64,000 nt of DNA from Ascidiella aspersa (Eukaryota): the NCBI GenBank assembly GCA_963924565.1, contig OZ004607.1, positions 2,728,001 through 2,792,000 on the forward strand. The letters are read 5' to 3'. Made by a program: the position numbers and the translations under genes. Positions 61,828 to 64,000 of this stretch are shown here, one piece after another (within the stretch, counting starts at the first letter, position 1; every line of letters starts with the position of its first letter). The notes under the pieces were generated by a model. The model searched no databases. It was given only the letters and a program-made list of their open reading frames with translations, and was not told where the DNA came from.

Positions 61828-63332
61828 TTACAGTTCGTCTTTATTTTTCTTGTCAAACGCCAGAGAGGCGCTGTTGATGCAATATCTTTCCCCAGTCGAC
61901 GCAGGACCGTCCGTAAAAACATGACCGAGATGAGCCTGGCACTATAGAATGAAAACAGAACAGTTTATTGAAAACAAACTAGTTGCAACACAACAAACAC
62001 GCTTTGTTAAGGATTAACCTGAATATGTACATTTTTCAGCTGTAAATAAAAATAAACATAAACATTTTTTAAGTTAATATATTATAAGCTTATAGTGTCA
62101 TTATTATGGGTTTCATTTCGGCTTCACACATTGGGTTTTAACAAATTAGTTGTAAGAAAAAACACGCTTTCTTAGGGATTAACCTGAACGGTAAATCGTA
62201 ATGGTGAAATAACAAATGGAAACTTTCAATCCATCATGCTATACGGGTGGGTAAATTGTATGAGTGGATTTCTGTATAGCAAATTAGTTGCAACTATCAA
62301 CCAAGTATTTGTTTAACAAAGTGACCAGTTTGTCAACCACCCAAATTCATTTATTAATAAGACACTATCTGGAAATGGCCACGGCATAATGTTTGCAGAA
62401 GACAAAACTGGGCAACAAAAAAAACAAGTTGTAAATGGAAAAAAATTGCCTAACAATCAATTACTAAAAATTTGGAAGGTTTTTTTTTCACAATTTAAAT
62501 TACCTTCTTGCACACGACTTCAGTTCTTTCTCTGCCTAAGCTTTTGTCGCTGTTTCTTTGGATATTTTTGTCATCGACCGGTCTGTCGAAAGAAGGCCAG
62601 CCCGATCCTGAATCATACTTGTGATCAGACCTGCACAAATTTATGATTGGATTTACTACATACGTTCACAGTAAAAGAAAATACATAGATAGAAATTAAA
62701 TTTTGGAATCCAAAGAGTTTTTAAGATTCATGCAAGTGAACAGATATAGACATAGTAAATCGAAAGCCATCGCAGACTAACCGAATCTGTTGTTTAATGA
62801 TGCTACCAAGGCAGGCAAGAAAGGTCGTGAGTTTGAACCTCACTGCAGGCTAGTTGTTTTTCTAGCCTGCCCTGCTTGCATCATTGATTGACAGATTTTA
62901 GTGAGTCTGCGATGGCTTTCATTGATCAAAAAGCAGAGTTAAGATGGACTCAATCACAGTTGTTGAACACACATGTGTGTGTAATTTTGTGTATCTTTCT
63001 TTGAATAGATATTGACATATGTTAATTAGATTTGTTAGGTACATCAAAACCAGCTGTTCATAATCTAAACAAAGTATTTGCATTTTTGAGTGAATTTGCA
63101 TTGTAAAGACCTGACTAATTCAATACATGCAAATCCATGAATTGCGTGGTTTGAATATTTATTGCAAATTAGTTTAATCCATTTCCAATAAAGATCTTAA
63201 CAATTTTTTTTTGCATTTATATTAATAGTTAAATGAAAGTGGAATAAGACTTACTTGAAAAGTGGTTCTCCACAAACCACGCAATTGTACATTCCTGGCT
63301 CCTTGTTTTTTTCATATTCTCCAGTAAATGCC
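61828..63332 (-). CDS. MSRB3: Methionine-R-sulfoxide reductase B (MSRB3-like), last three coding exons; 5' exons not found in window
   Basis: Exons 63332-63255 ([26 protein letters not shown]), 62630-62504 ([15 protein letters not shown]...RTEVVCKK) and 61941-61828 ([37 protein letters not shown]). Phases are consistent. Missed by the ORF track. Confidence 0.92.
62762..62920. repeat. Fold-back element in MsrB intron, with a tRNA-like fragment in its loop
   Basis: Perfect 17-bp terminal IR gaaagccatcgcagact/agtctgcgatggctttc, plus inner pairs aatctgt/acagatt, aatgatgc/gcatcatt and ggcaggc/gcctgcc. Confidence 0.8.
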
Positions 63333-64000
63333 CTGTAAAGTAATAATTTGGTTAATTATAGATTAAGTTTACCACCTTGAAAGTGCTTTTTAGCATCTGC
63401 CATTTCAAGATAATATGGATAAGCATTCAATGCACTTAAATTTTTTTTTGCGCACACTTCAACAATGATACCTTTCCGATAAATATCTTTCGTAGCCCAC
63501 TTTCCTTACCCCACAGTTGGTGTCATCTGGCTTAAAATACTTGCAAATTGGTGTTTTACACTGTTTTATCGACCTTTTCCAGTATTATACTGTAGAATTT
63601 TCAAGTGGTTTTCATGCGAACAATTTTCTGGTGTTTCAGAAAGCAAATATATTCACAAAACAGGAGTTGTGTAAAGTATGTGGATTATTTTACCAGGTCA
63701 TGAAACAACAGTTTAGCAAAATTCGGGCACACATTATGCCTAATTTTTACTTTCTACTTACCATTTAAACTTTTGTGACTACTTTCTAGGCAATCAATCT
63801 TTTTTTTAACTTTTGGAGCCAGTTCATTAAAAGGTTGCTAGCAATTTAGCAATTATAGGTTTGTAACAATGGCTTCCCTTTAAAGCACAGTTCGTTAAAC
63901 ATTTTCAATAAAAATAATATTTGCTCAAAAAATTGTCAAAAAATGAAAACATCCAAGGAAGAAAAAAAGTATAGTAAATACATCAGTATTACTTGATCAA

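Noticed and set aside
63340-64000. Expected upstream MsrB exon (LTPEQY..TREKGTE-like)
   Set aside because: Not found on the minus strand in the remaining sequence; presumably beyond the window.

Overview
Eukaryotic, AT-rich animal genomic DNA with spliceosomal GT-AG introns. An invertebrate deuterostome such as an ascidian is plausible, but that is inference only. The first ~40.5 kb is a tandem cluster of eight paralogous C2H2 zinc-finger loci, each with a single coding exon. Three are intact, one is N- and C-terminally truncated, and the rest carry a frameshift, a premature stop or a transposon insertion. They share an N-terminal acidic motif I do not recognise and an invariant 'EFRC..HLSxxHFKKHKC' finger pair, and have no KRAB, BTB, SCAN or ZAD domain. 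The cluster is dense with DNA transposons (CACTG/EnSpm-like elements, Buster-type hAT MITEs including a nested pair inside a ZNF gene) and contains a 42-bp higher-order minisatellite. Two GG-ended MITEs lie just beyond it. From 44.5 kb there is a tight co-oriented trio, LYRM2 - JMJD8 - TOP3B (15 coding exons), which is a candidate operon. It is followed by a solo LTR and the 3' three exons of a convergent KDEL-bearing MsrB (MSRB3-like). TOP3B introns contain a minimal hammerhead-ribozyme repeat (Penelope/retrozyme-like), tandem tRNA-like units and repeated duplications of exon-intron junctions. All calls were made by eye; no database searches were run.
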